Under the pieces are notes generated by a model. That model was not told the DNA's origin and did not search any database. It was given only the letters and a program-made list of their open reading frames with translations. From NCBI RefSeq assembly GCF_018977255.1, contig NW_024704742.1:131318001-131382000 (forward strand): a stretch of DNA of 64,000 bases. Direction: 5' to 3'. This document shows, piece by piece, positions 25,065 through 38,030 of this stretch. Within the stretch, counting starts at the first letter, position 1. Each line of letters begins with the position of its first letter. The position numbers and the translations under genes are program-made. The DNA comes from Callorhinchus milii. Lineage: Eukaryota.

Positions 25065-25672
25065 CTGACTGACCAGTCATTCCCAACACACTGAATCTTG
25101 CAGATTGGATCTTCACCACGTCCAGGCTTGACTATTTTAAAGCTCTACTCACTAGCCTCCCCAGTTCCTTCCTACACAAATCTTAGACCATCCAGAACTC
25201 TGTAACCCATGTCCTCTTCTGCACCAGGCTGCACAAACCTATCAGCCCCATCCCCAGTGGATCGAGTTCAAGATCCTTAACCTCACGTTTAAATCCCTCC
25301 ACATTGTCGCTCCACCCTACTCCTGCAACCCTACCGCCCGCCATTCTGTCCACTCAGTGAACACCAGCCTGCTTCATCCCCCCGTCTGACCCAGCCCCCC
25401 CATCAGTGGGCTAGCTTTCAGCCATTCTGCTCTCTGTAACTCCATCCCAGAGTCCCTTTGGATTCCCTGTCCCTCCCTCAACACTTTTAAAGCCCGTCTT
25501 AAAGCTTATCGTTTTGATCGCACTTTCGGTCATCTTACCCTTCACCTTCTTCAATTTCCCCTCCCCCCACCCACCCCCCCCCACCTCAGCTCGGGTGCTC
25601 AGCCAGCTGTGAAAAGCCCTTTGAGACATGCTCCCGATGTAAAAGACACTATATAAATGTAAATTGTATTGT
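25065..25672 (+). mobile_element. Degenerate L2 3' region
   Basis: ttcaccacgtccaggcttgactatttt (FTTSRLDY), atcgagttcaagatcctt (IEFKIL), 3' UTR and tail. Confidence 0.8.
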
Positions 25673-26149
25673 TCAGAAAGCTTTAGTTGGACATTCGCAT
25701 GCTTGAACATTCAGCACCCGGTCAAGTTATTTTAGCAAAAGGAAGGTTGTTTTGTTTCCATTACAGTATTACAATATATCAGTGCTTCCACATGCTTTGC
25801 TGCACACTCTGTGCTGTTGTTTCACCTGACCGTGGAGGATGCTTTTTGTGGAAATAATACAGGGCAACTGATACAATGAATTGTCTTGAATTTTCACTGA
25901 CCTGAAAATGGTCATTTTCTGACCTTTTCAGATGTACCAAGTCTCGCTTCACTGGGTAGGAATAGTTAAGCAAATGGAAAATTGTACCGTGCACTGTAAA
26001 GGCATTTAATGTACAGCAGTGGCCTTAAGATTGCTTTTCAGTCTTGCTGTGGGGTGAATTTGTCCGTGTGTTGGGGTAGGGGGGAGAAAAGGATCGACAG
26101 ATAGCATCATGGACTGGTCAGCACAGTAGGAGGCAATTCAACATCGCAG

Positions 26150-26727
26150 CTACCAATTCAGTCCACCTTAGGGGTAGCTGAACCGGCTTCCAGGTGACAT
26201 GCATCCCAAAGGAATCTGACAATCGAGTCAACCCTCTGTGGGAGTCTCGTTAGTCCAGTTGTTAAGTCAGATGGGTCCTCAGTGCTCAAGGCACCGCTGA
26301 TGACAAACCAGTCAGCCTGGCACAGCAGAGGGGCAGATCGATCACTGGGGGAAGTGATTCTTTCCACTCAGCTCCTGTTAACTCTGCAAACCTTAACAAG
26401 TGTGGTGGGGTGTAGATGGACAAGCACCGGTAAGTTTGCCAAACATGGCTTTAAATGGTAAGATCGGTGGTTTTAGCTAATTGAACACCACTCAACCTCT
26501 CAACGCACACTCCAGAGACATCAAGCCTTAGCTTTTGCTAACCTGTGTCTAATTATCTCTGGAATTAGGTAAACAGGAAGCGTCCCTCTGGGGAGAGAAT
26601 ACGCATTCCATTCCAGACACGGGAATTTCCACGTACAGGTGACATACCTATGTGGATCACTCAGTCTGAGTTTGGATACCCTTAACCATATGGATGGGTT
26701 TCTGCACGTCGACTGATGAAACAAAAA
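26150..26727 (+). mobile_element. Unclassified A-tailed interspersed repeat, copy B (diverged)
   Basis: Shares blocks cagctcctgttaac, ggaattaggta, cgcattccattcca, tttggatac and gatgggtttc with copies A and C. Confidence 0.65.
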
Positions 26728-26755
26728 TTATTCAGTCTTGAGAGAGTATCCTTTT

Positions 26756-27079
26756 GTGGAGTCCTGTAGCTCAGTGGTTAGAGCACTCGCTTTGCAAGTG
26801 AGAGACCTGAGTTCAATTCCAGGCAGGTCAGGGCGAAACCTTGGGCAAGTTTCCTTACTCCACACGCCTAATAATAATCCCTCCAAAACCCAAAACAATA
26901 ATAAATTGGTCATTTTCAATCTACGACTTTGTGGGACATTGCTGTGCGCAATTGGCTGCCGCGTTAGCCCACAAATATACAGTCAATTCACTTTACAGTG
27001 TGTTCTGTGAAGCGCTTTAGGACGTCCTCCTGACGTGAAAAGCGCTATATCAAATGCAAGGATTATTATTATTATTATT
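26756..27079 (+). mobile_element. SINE-A short form, young copy
   Basis: Near-identical to 23962-24285; small extra caggt after the T arm. Confidence 0.93.
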
Positions 27080-27081
27080 TT

Positions 27082-27310
27082 AGAGGCATACAAGATGTTT
27101 GGCCACTGACACCAGGAAGTTTTTTTTACCCGGAGGGTAACTGACAACTGGACAGGGTTACCAGGAAGGGTGGTTGAGGCCAGGACAATGGTACTCATTT
27201 TTAAAAAAAAAAAGCAGCTTGATGCTGTGATGGAAGACAGTAGGGGTTGGTGTTCAGGAAGGATGAGATCAAATGGGCCAAAGAACCTTCTTCATTTGAA
27301 CCGAACCTGC
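27082..27310 (+). mobile_element. CR1 3' fragment
   Basis: RKFFFTRRVTDNWTGLPGRVVEA-like ORF2 end, followed by aaatgggccaaagaaccttc. Confidence 0.65.
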
Positions 27311-28645
27311 TATGTTTGGCTTGACAGTAAAGGAAAATAAGGGAGAAACCTCCCAAAACAAGTTTCCGATTTGTGAATCAATAATAATGATAATAATCAT
27401 TACATTAGGTATTGCACCTTTGGGGTTAGGAGGACGTCCCAAACTGCTTCACAGGATATGTTGCAAAATGACGCAACTGTGTGTGTTTTTTGTTGGCGAA
27501 TGTAACAGAAATATAGCAGAAATAATAACAATAATCTTTGGATTTGATATAGCGCCTTATCACGTCATTGAGACTCGAAGCACTTCACAGAATACACTGT
27601 AAAGTGAATTTACTGTATATTTTGTGGGTGAAACACAGCAGCCATTTGCACACAGCAATGTCGCACAAATAATTATGGATTGAGTGACCAAATGATTATT
27701 ATTTAAACCCTTGCACTCTTCTTAATATCCAGTAAGTCCCCAATAGAACTGATATTTAAAAGTAATCCTTATCACGCACAGCAATTTTCCTTCCCCCGTG
27801 AGATGGTTTCTTATTGGAGCTCTTCGCCTGAGTCGGTTTTCAGGCATGGATACCCCTAAATTTGTTCTTTTATGAATGTGCTCCGTGTCGGATTCCTTCG
27901 CCCGGCTCTGAGCGAGGATCTGTCGCGTGAGCAAAGAGATTAGCTCTCCCATCGCTCAAAGCGCAGAGGCAACTTGCCACTGTATTCTGCAGGTTAAAGG
28001 GGTAGTGCCTTCCTGAAAATAATAGGTGTTGTGCCAAACATTTTCTTTTGTTTGGGGGAAGAGAGGGAGCGAGGGAGGGAGACAAAGAGAGAAGAGGGGA
28101 AAGGTATGAGGCATCTATTAATCCTGTCACACTGATATCAAACCCGAGCAATGAAATCTGCCATGCATTTATAACAAGTGAAAAATTGGCCAAACATTTT
28201 TNCAGGAAAACATCCGCTTTAACAGCATAACCCACAGAAACAATCAATCAGGCACTCTCCTCTCCTATTCTCTCTTTGTTAGAGTTACTGATGAACCACT
28301 GAAAATTTTGAGGACAAGGGTAACAGAACACTGATTTCTGTGTAAGGTACACGGAATGAGTTATTTGTTAGATATAACTTTATTTTGGATAGATCTGTAA
28401 AAATATTTTAATTCATAATAGTCGGACATTCGTTTGCTTAAGCGAACTGAAGAGATTTGAAACCCGTTATTAGATTTGAGAGAGATTTAACTGTTGACCT
28501 ACTCAGGTGCCAAATAAGTTAATGGTCCACAAATCGCCTTCAGCATTAGAAGTGTTAATGATCGATCTCAGCTGTGATTGTCGTATTTGCTCATCCCTCA
28601 CTCACACACAAACATAAACACCTGCCTTATAAGCACCTCCTCTTG

Positions 28646-29077
28646 TCAGTCTGGTTCAGTCAGTGGCACGCTCGTATCTGAATCAGATGGCTGTGGGTTC
28701 AAGCCCCATGCCAGCACTTTGAACCCCCATATTCTGGGCTGACACTTCAATCGAAGCGCTATATTGCTGATGGTCTCATCATTGAGTGAGATGTTAAAAC
28801 CGAGGTCCTGTCTCCTGTTTAGGTAGACGTTAAAGATCCCGTGGCGCTATTTGAAAAGGAAAGGCAGTTTCTGCCGGCATCCAGGTCAACAATCCCCCAG
28901 ATAAAATTGTTCCTCATTTCACGCATGGCTGTATTGTGGGACTTTGCTGTATGCAAATTGGCTGCTGTGTTCACCTACAAAATACACAGCCACCACACTT
29001 TATAGTAAATGCTGTGGAGCGTTTTGAGTTTCCTCCTAGAATGAAAGGCCCTTTATCAAATGTAAGGATTATTATTA
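28646..29077 (+). mobile_element. SINE-B, full length
   Basis: gtcagtctggttcagtcagtggcac head through tcaaatgtaaggattattatt tail. Confidence 0.88.
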
Positions 29078-30603
29078 ATGTATTATCGGTAGATGCGTAA
29101 GTGGGCCACACGTCTATATATTATATATGGCTGGGTAGACTGAGGAATAAAATATATTCTTTGGACATCTCATTACACACAGGTCCAAGGTTAAATAATT
29201 ACACTCCTTGCATTTGATGTAGCGCCTTTCATGTTGGTAGGACATCTCAAAGCACTTGAATATTCCTTGCATTTCGCCCTCAAAAATTATACAGTTAATT
29301 CACTTTACAGTATATTCTGTGAGGCGCTTTGAGACGTGAGAAGATGCTATATCAAATGCAAAGATTATTTTTGCATTTCACGCGATTCAGCAATGTTCCA
29401 ACCATGCAATTTGTAGGCAAACACAGATTTAGAAACAACAGTTGTTTTAACATTTTGTTGTTTTAACAAACTGGTCACTTGCTCCATGGCTGTTTGTGGG
29501 ACATTGCTGTGTGCAAACCTGGCTGTTGTGTTTCGCCCACAAAATACACAGTCAATGGAATTTACAGTATATCCTGTGAAGCGCTTTGAGATGTCTCCAC
29601 AATAAGGCGCTAAGGTTTATTAATATTATTTATCAACCTTACTCATTGCCACATCATCAGTTCTCCTTTTCTATTCCCTCTCTTCCTACCCCAACCCCTC
29701 CTCTTCCAAGTACAAATGCAAATTCAGTCAAAGATTTACACAACTCCTTTGGGAACCCGGATTAGAGCAAATCCTCGGCTCACAGAACCGTTTCTCTTTT
29801 CCATAGTGTGATGCTTTTTAATTGTCCCAGCCGAGTGGGTTTTTCTTACTAGGCTGTTATTAATAGAGCAGCGCAGTCACTCTGCCAGCAGTTTGGCAGC
29901 TCAGCAGCTTGTTCCTGTCCCTGCACCTTCCCCCAATTCGCCGGCTGATGTGTCCGGATGCAAGCAGCTGTTTGGTCTTTATTTCTATGGTTTGGTGCGT
30001 GATTCCCAGGCTCCTCCTGCTGTATAGGCTGCCCCTCACCCCGCACTGCATTTACAACAACAACAACAACTTGCACTTGTATAACGCCCTTCACACTGGG
30101 TAACATCCCGGAGCGCTTAGATTAAGCGATTAACCAATTTAAGTGGTTAAATTTCCTTATTTAACCAGGAAATAATAATAATACTCCTTGTATCCCGATA
30201 TGAAAGGCGCTATACAAATGTAATATTGTATTTTATTTGATAAAGCACCTTATCACGTCTTCGAGACATCTCAAAGCGCTTCACGGAATATACTGTAAGG
30301 TGAATAAACTGTGTATTTTGTGGGCAAAACGAAAGGGAAGGCCTTACAATCACCTTCCCGTCCCAAAGGTCACCCCTTTGGGGGATATACAACCAACTGC
30401 TCATTAAATCGCTCTGCTGATACAGTGGCTGGGAAATTTATCGGTGTGGGGGGTATGCGTGGGAGGGATTGTAGGTTAAACAATTTTCCAGTGCAGCTGT
30501 TACTGGTCAGAGGTTATGCACAAAGGAAAAACTATTCCTTAAATAAAGTTAGCGTTCAGAAGAACGCAGTTGGGGAATGGTGGATTGGGTGACTGGGGTC
30601 TGT

Positions 30604-30810
30604 CATGTGAGTGTTGTAAACACATGTGCATTAAGCGTCATGTGTAAACATTATGTAACCACGTGTGCATTAAGCATCATGTGCAAAGCAAGTGTAAACC
30701 CTTGATTATGTACCATGGATAAATGCATGTGGATGCTTGCACTATGTGTATAATGGGGTATGTGCAAGCAATGTGTAAATGCATGTGCATTATGCAATAT
30801 GTGTAAACCA
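30604..30810 (+). repeat. Degenerate minisatellite (catgtgtaaac/atgtgcatta units)
   Basis: Recurrent tgtgtaaac and catgtgcatta words; a related tract lies at 31520-31630. Confidence 0.6.
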
Positions 30811-32684
30811 AGTGGACAGAGGGCAGTACAGGTATACTTAATGGTATACTTTATAATAATAATTGCTTTCGATATACCACCTTTCACATCGGAAGAATGT
30901 CTCAAAGTGCTTCACAGAATTTACTGTAAAGTGTAGTGAGGACTGTGTTGTCAAACGTATTTGTAGCCAAAAAGATTAACAATAGTTCTTTTCACTGGTT
31001 AATTCTATTATGAAGAACACCTGCAATTCTCTTTGTACACATGCATTTGCACAAATCGCACAATGGTCCCGCTATCTTTATTTACGCACTGGATAAAGGT
31101 CAACCCAGTGATTGTTTTTAATAAGCAAAAGACAGGAGAATCAGATAAGTAGGCAGTAGGCTCGCTTTAAGCAGATGTTCTACAGCTCATCTTATCGAGG
31201 GTTTTAACGTTGAGCCTGGGCAAACAGACACAACACAATTACGCAGAGAATGATGGATACCTGTCAGTGATTACACAGCAGTGATCCGTTTGAGGGATTT
31301 GCTCATGAGAGCAAAAACCATGTACTGTGTAGCTATCACCCGATCCCAGATGAAGTGTTACCGTTAAAATAAACCTCACGTCCGTGTTTTGGTTTGGTTG
31401 TTTCTTTTGAATAAGAGTCGAATTTATTTCATTCTCTGATTTGCTTTGCAGCTACTCTACGTAATTGTTGAACAGTGTCCTCGTGATTAACAGACTCACA
31501 AGCTTCGACACCCAGGTCATCATGCGTGTACCTTATGTAAACACAGATGTGTTGTGTGTCTTGTGTAAACGTGTGCTGTGAGTCATGCACAAACGCGTGT
31601 GGTGTGCATCATGTGTAAACACGTGCACAATGGAAACTGCAGGCATCCTTAATTGATGACGAGTGGAAGAATCAATTAATTCAACTATTAATAAATCTTC
31701 TTAACTGGCTACTCATTCTCAGTGAGGACAGGCCTGCTTCATGGCCCCCACCCGAAATGCCCCACCATTGACTGGGGCCATTCTGCCCCCACTTTCGGGA
31801 ATTCCAACTCAGAGTCCCTCTGATTTGCTCCTGGGCACTATTCAAAAACAGAAAGGAGTTTCTGTCTGTACCCCGGCCAACAATCCTCCAGATAAAATCG
31901 ATCATTCAAACTTTGTGGCTATTCATAGAAGATTGCTGTGTGCACATTGGCTGCCACATTCACCCACAGGAATAGTCACTGCACTTTACAGTATATTCCT
32001 GTGAAGCCTTTTGAAACGTCAACCAGAAGTAAAAAGCACTATATCAAATGCAACTATCATTATCATTATTATTATTAGAATACATGCATGTTTACATATG
32101 GTTTAATTGTGTAATGAACCCCACAGTCACTGATGAACACTGAGTGGGCTGGGATAGAAAACAGTCATGTCAATAATAATAATAATAATCCTTGCATTTG
32201 ATATAGCATCTGATCACGTCTTCGAGTTGTCTCAAAGCACTTTACAGAATATACTGTAAAGTGAATTGACTGTATATTTTGTGGGGGAATTGTTAACCCC
32301 AGTGCTTGGTCTGGAATACAGCTCAGAACTTAATAGATTCAAGGTCTCCGGTCTCTGCCAGCTGTAAAAGTACTTTGTGTAATGATTTTGGATAATCACA
32401 GCTCAGTTGCAAGCTTGCACACAATCCACAGGACAAAATAAAAGCTAATGGGATCCAAACTCTGATGAATAACAGCATTAAATATAAAAAGTAACAAAAT
32501 GAAGTTAAACTTATAGAAGGCATGTTTCAAATAGTACCTGTTTGACCTTACTTTGTGTCACCTTTCCCCTCCTCCCCATCCCCTCACCTTGGCTCCCACC
32601 CCCAGTTAGAATCCCAAACCAGCACTGTGAAATGATTTGAGATGTCCTCCCGATGTGAAAAGCGCTGATATAAATGTAAATCCC

Positions 32685-33475
32685 ATTGTATTGTGCGAAT
32701 CATTGGGGTGGTAAGGCTGCAGTTGGACTATTGTGTTCAGTTCTGGGCCTCCCCACTTCAGGAAGGATGTTAAGGCCACGGAGAAAATACAAACAACAAC
32801 AACAACAAGATTCCATTTATAAAGCGCCTTTCACGTCAGGAGGACGTCCCAAGGCGCTGCACAGTTGGGTCATGACCCGAGCAGGGAGGGAGCAAGGAGG
32901 GGGGAAATGGTCAGGGTGAGGGGAGGGAAGGGAGGGAGTGAGGAGAGGGAAGAGAGTTGAGAGGGGAGCTGAAGGCACGGTCAAAGAGAAAGGTTTTGAG
33001 ACCGGCCTTGAAGGAGGAAAGGGAGGAAGCAAGGCGAAGGCACTGGGGGATGGAATTCCAGAGCCTGGGGGCTGAGAGGCTGAAGGCCCGACCACCGATG
33101 GTAGGACGGTTGGGGCGGGGGACGTGGAGCAGACAAAGGAGATTCACTAGGATTATACCAGGGATGAGAGGCTGCAGTCATAAGGAGAGGCTAGAGTGAA
33201 ACCAAGACTGGTTTCACTAGAATAGAGAAGTTTCCCGTAAAATCTGATAGAGGTGAATTATAAAGGGTTTTGTTGAAGTGAATTGAGAGAGAAACTATTT
33301 CTATGGGCAGGTGGATTGGTACTGGACAGCACACAAACACACACACACATTTAAGATAATCACCAAAAGATCAAATGGAGAGGTTCTTCGAGGCTGATCA
33401 TCAAGACATTCAACCCTACCACACAGTGTAGTTGAAGCAGAAGCCATAATAGGTTTTAACAGGTACAGTGGATGT
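32685..33475 (+). mobile_element. CR1 ORF2 3' region split by an L2 insertion
   Basis: VRLQLDYCVQFW...FRKDVKATEKIQ | RRFTRIIPGMRG..HKERLE continues across the insert. Confidence 0.85.
32794..33132 (-). mobile_element. Young L2 3' fragment with ACAAA target-site duplication
   Basis: Highly similar to 20337-20660; ACAAA at 32789-32793 and 33133-33137. Confidence 0.93.
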
Positions 33476-33524
33476 AAGATTTTAAAATTTAGAAATTTAG
33501 CGCCATAACATATATATGTATAAT

Positions 33525-33945
33525 TGTCCTTTCATTTGATACAGCACCTTATCAAATTGTCAAAACACCTCAAAGCGCTTCACAGGTTTTACTGGAAAGT
33601 CGAGTAACTTTGTATTTATAAGAAAAGACAGCAGCCAATTTGTGCACAGCCAAGTCCCACAAGCAGCCATGACGTGAATGATCATTTTTATACCTGGGGG
33701 ATTGTTGGCCTGGATACCTTGTGACACCCTTTTTGAGTAGTGGCATGGGATCTTTAACATCCACCTGAACAGGCACAGAGGGGACCTTGGTTTAACATCT
33801 CCTCCAAATGATGCCACCTCCAACAACGCAGCTCTTCCCCCAGCACTCTCCCGAAGCGTCAGCCTCGACTATGCGAGTTCAACGCACCTCGGGGTGGGGG
33901 CTTCAACCAACAAGTTCCTGACTCAAGGGTGAGATTGCTACTGGA
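33525..33945 (-). mobile_element. SINE-B, near full length
   Basis: Reverse Deu body, head remnant and tail. Confidence 0.8.
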
Positions 33946-34821
33946 TTCTGGTTTCCAACAAGCTCTTTTTAAAAAATTTCCAGCTATTTTTGTAACGTCA
34001 GGTATTCGTAATTAATTTGTCAGATTCTATAATTAACGTGTTAAATAACATCTCAAATTATATTAATGGTTTATATATTTGAGACATATGATCAATCTTA
34101 TATGATGAGAGCTGCTTGTGACTAGCTTCGCAGAAGAAACAAAAGACTTTATAACGGAGCTCGATTCGAAAGAGAATCAGAAGAAAGAATTGAAGAAAGA
34201 GAGGGATCGAATTGGACATGCCATTAACAGAAATGGACGTGTCATGATACCTGGATATTTTCGAGTGATTGAATTGAACATACAATAATACCTGGATACT
34301 TTTGGGTGATCGTACTGAGAAACATACAACAATAGTTGCATACCTTTGGATGGATATATATATTTGGATTAAAAAGGACACATTAAAATGGACATTAAAT
34401 TGGACATTGCGCAGACACAATGGGCCAAATGGCCTCCTTCTGTGCTGTATAATTCTATTATTGCTACTCTTTCTCTTCTGCAGCTTTTGATTAGGTCAAT
34501 TTAAATCATTGTGAACTATGCATCGATACAAAAGCATTATTGTGATGTAATCTTTTTAAATTACTTATAACTGTTACTAATGTGAATTAATAAACATCTA
34601 TATTTTTGTACAACATTTGCGTCAGTCCTTACTTTACAGCAGGGTCACAAATTTAAATTAACCCTTACAATTTCAATTAGATTGATTTTAAGATCCTCAC
34701 TGTTAATTACAACCAGCTTCTCACCCTAGCTCCTCTCTACCTCCCACCTCTACCTCTCTTTATCTATCTTTAAATCCCTCCTTAAGACTTTGAACCTTGT
34801 CACCTCCCCTTTCCCTCACTC

Positions 34822-35098
34822 GGTGTTTCAGCTGGTTAGGCTCCAGCAGTTACCCCAATGCACACTTTAGGGTCCCCATGCCTTTGCTCTTGCCAACCAG
34901 CGCCTAATATTTTCCGGAATTAAGTAAGCACCATGGGTTCCTCCAGAGAGAGAGTGCGCATTCCATTCCAACAATCTATCTCTGGGATTCCCACGTGTGG
35001 GTGGGATGCATGGAATTCTCAGTTTGGTTTGGATACTCTTAAGCACGGTGATGGGTTTCCGTGTGTGTCAAGATATCTGGCTGACCCCCCAAAGAAAG
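34822..35098 (+). mobile_element. Unclassified A-tailed interspersed repeat, copy C (short)
   Basis: Reverse complement closely matches 10727-10985, including an identical ggaaacccatcaccgtgcttaagagtatccaaaccaaactga block. Confidence 0.75.
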
Positions 35099-35249
35099 TC
35101 TGTGTCCAACCCTGCCACTGTGCAGCACTCCTAGACGCTAAGCTGTGTGAAGAGCGCTGTATAAACTCAAATTGTTGTTGTAAGCAAGCGGTTGTATTCC
35201 ACAGCGCCCTCTCAAAAAAAGTCCAATTGGATCCTAAATATAGCCAAGT

Positions 35250-35570
35250 GTCTGCGCTTTCGCATCGAGCAGCATAATTCTGCATTTTATGCTGGATTCT
35301 TTGCTGAGTCTAAGCAGCACTCAGCCCGCTGTACAATTATATTCCCATTGTAATAATCCCAGCCGCCTTACAATCTATTGCATTTACTGCGGTTTATTCA
35401 AATTTAACTGCGCAGATAATAGACTTTACAGGCTTTCCACACTTGGTCTGCTCTTTTTTTGCTAAAACAAATCAGACTCTTACAGCCCCGTTATGCTAAT
35501 TGCGCATAAATTCCAAACTTACAGCCTCTCCGGAACAGTTAATTTGCAACTGAAATGTAATCCCTCAACA
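35250..35570. promoter_or_regulatory. Candidate conserved non-coding element/enhancer
   Basis: Repeat-free, relatively CpG-retaining segment with TAATCC (35354-35359) and ATGCTAAT (35493-35500). Inference only. Confidence 0.3.
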
Positions 35571-35717
35571 CTCAAAATATATTCAGTTCCGTAGAGGGCA
35601 GTTTGTTAGGTGGGTGATGCAGTGGAAAGGGGAGGGAAGGGGAGGAGCGGCTAATAAATAAACTGTTAAGACAGTGATTAAAAGATATTGCCGTCTTTAA
35701 TTTCTGTATTGCACGAA

Positions 35718-36003
35718 CGCCCCAGGAGACACAAGCATAAGATAGCGACTGGGGGATGTGAAAGGAAAATTAGGAGGAACTACTTCACGCAGAGTGTAGT
35801 GAGACTGTGGAACTCGCTGTCCAAGACGGCGATCGAATCAGATAGTGTAGATGCAATTAAGAGGAAGCTAGACCTCCACATGAGGGAGAGGGGAATAGAA
35901 GGATATGGGAGGGAGTCAGCAATGGGTGGAGACTCATGTTGAGTATAAGCATTGGCACTGACTGGTTGGGCCAATTGGTTCTGTTTCTGTGTTGTACGGT
36001 GTA
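35718..36003 (+). mobile_element. CR1 ORF2 C-terminus and 3' UTR
   Basis: RRHKHKI...IRRNYFTQSVVRLWNSL...AIKRKLDLHM...IEGYG is a typical CR1 end. Confidence 0.88.
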
Positions 36004-36159
36004 TGTAAATGCCCATGTGCACTGGCCCAGCTAAAAGACTCCAAGAACATGACCCACTGGAATATTCTTGGAAGTGATTCCGTAATGGAACTTTCTCGGC
36101 ATCTTCGCAGCACACTGAATGAAACAACAACACTCAAGTCCAAGATGCAGGTTATGGCT

Positions 36160-36505
36160 CTCCTTGAATTTGATGTAGCACCTTATCATGTCATCGAAAC
36201 ACTTTAAAGCATTTCATGGGATGTACTATAAAGTGTAGTCACCGCATATTTGAAGGCAAGCACAGCAGCCAGTTGTGCACAGAAATGTCCCACAAACAAC
36301 CGTGAAGTGAATGACCATTATTTTTTTTCTCTGGGGGTTGTTTGTTAGTGAGACATGAGGGGCAACTCCCTTCTCTCTTCGGATAGTGCCATGGGATCTT
36401 TACCATCCACTTGAACAGTCAGATAGGTTTAACGTCTCACCTGAAGGACAGCACCACTGACAAAGCTCACCCCCAACAGCAGTAAAACTGGTGTGTCAGC
36501 CGGGA
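36160..36505 (-). mobile_element. SINE-B, 5'-truncated
   Basis: Reverse Deu body and tail. Confidence 0.8.
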
Positions 36506-37074
36506 CTGCGATTGGGCTGATCGTCAAGGGGGGATCCAGGTTTAAACAAGTGTTTCTGTAATCTTAGCCATTGGTGAATTATGCAACTAAGTGGCAGTGG
36601 TGTGTGTCTGAACATAGTTATGCGGGTTGAGATGTCCCAAACCACTAATAATAATAATAATAATCCTTGCATTGATATAGCACCTTATCACTTCTTCGAG
36701 ATGTCTCAAAGCACTTCACAGAAGACACTGTAAAGTGAATTGACAGTATATTTTGTGGGTGAAATACCTCAAAAGTGTTCTCCCATATACCCTGACTTGA
36801 CTTGGTGTTTGCAAGCTTTTAATTTCTTGTCTTTCGTTTCCCCTTTAAATCCACACTTTTGTGGTCACTTTGGTACATTAAAAAGATATACAAGCATTTG
36901 CGCTCTCCTGCTGATTTAGACATCAACAGTAACTGAACCCCAGTGGAGTAGACTCTTAAGTGATCTCCAATTTGTGATACAGATCACTGAGGCTGTTATC
37001 GTTCTCGTTTTACTACTTGGGTCAAGCTAATCAATGACCTGTAGTTGACATTTAAATAAATGTAACAACAAATT

Positions 37075-37427
37075 AATAATAATAATAATCCCTGCATTTG
37101 ATATAGCACCTTATCACATCTTCAAGATGTCTCAAAGCACATCACAACATATACTGTAAAGTGTAGTGACTGTATATTTTGTAGGAGAAACACGGCAGCC
37201 AATTGTACACAGTAGTGTCCCACAAACAGTCGTGGATTGAGTGACCAAATGTTTATTTTTTTATTTTTATTTTTTTGAAGGGATTAATACCCCCGGAAAA
37301 GTGATCTGCCAAATGACAAACAACCGGGGTCCTACTTACTGCTAGGTAAACAGAAGTGTGTCAAGTAAGAAAACTTGTCCAATGTTTTGCTCTCCTGGGA
37401 ATCGAACCCAGGTCTCTCGCTTGCGAG
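37075..37427 (-). mobile_element. SINE-A long form, head partly truncated
   Basis: Tail, Deu-like segment, central block and B box present. Confidence 0.88.
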
Positions 37428-37659
37428 CAGGATGGGGGTAGGAGGGTGACTGAAGGCGTGGTTGAAGAAGAGGGTCTTGACAGGCCTTCAAGGAGATAAG
37501 GATGGTAGTGAGGTAAAGGAACTATGGCATGGAGTTCCAAAGGGTGGGGGCAAATTAATCAAGCTTTAAAAATGCCAGTGCTTTTGAATCTCCACCCGAT
37601 TTCATTGAAATAAAGTGACTTGTGCTATTCCTCCCTGACTGTGTGAGAGACACGATAAT

Positions 37660-38030
37660 TATAATAATCCTTGCACTTGATGCAGGGCTTTTCATGTCGG
37701 GAGGATGTCTCAAAATTCTTCACAGGAGTTTCCTGTAAAATGTATTTGTAGATGAATGCTGCAACCAATTTACGTACAGCAACGTCCCACAAACATCCAC
37801 AAAGTGAAATCACTACAACAACAACTTGCATTCATACAGTGCCCTTCATGCGGGGTAGCATCTGGGAGTGCTTAACTAATGTTTATCTGGGAGGGAGGGT
37901 GATTGTCATTTGGGACACTGGGGAGAAACCACTTCTCTTTTCAAATTGGGATCTTTAACGTCCGTCTGAACAAGCAGATGGGGACCTCGGTTTATCACTT
38001 CATCCGAAGGACGGCATCTCTGCCAATGCG
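37660..38030 (-). mobile_element. SINE-B with small L2-tail insert (~37812-37875)
   Basis: Reverse Deu body interrupted by caacaacaacttgcattcatacagtgcc. Confidence 0.7.

Noticed and set aside
26712..26722. CTGATGAAAC as a hammerhead core
   Set aside because: There is no stem II between CTGATGA and GAAA; it is the end of repeat copy B.
21572..28202. Single N bases at 21572 and 28202
   Set aside because: They are assembly ambiguities at T homopolymers, not biological features.
27722..28247. 76-aa and 125-aa minus-strand ORFs
   Set aside because: No recognisable domain; one spans a GA-rich low-complexity tract and an ambiguous base.
34060..34420. Possible LTR or retroelement UTR (short internal repeats such as atacctggata, tggacat)
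   Set aside because: No second copy, terminal motifs or primer-binding site were seen in the window.
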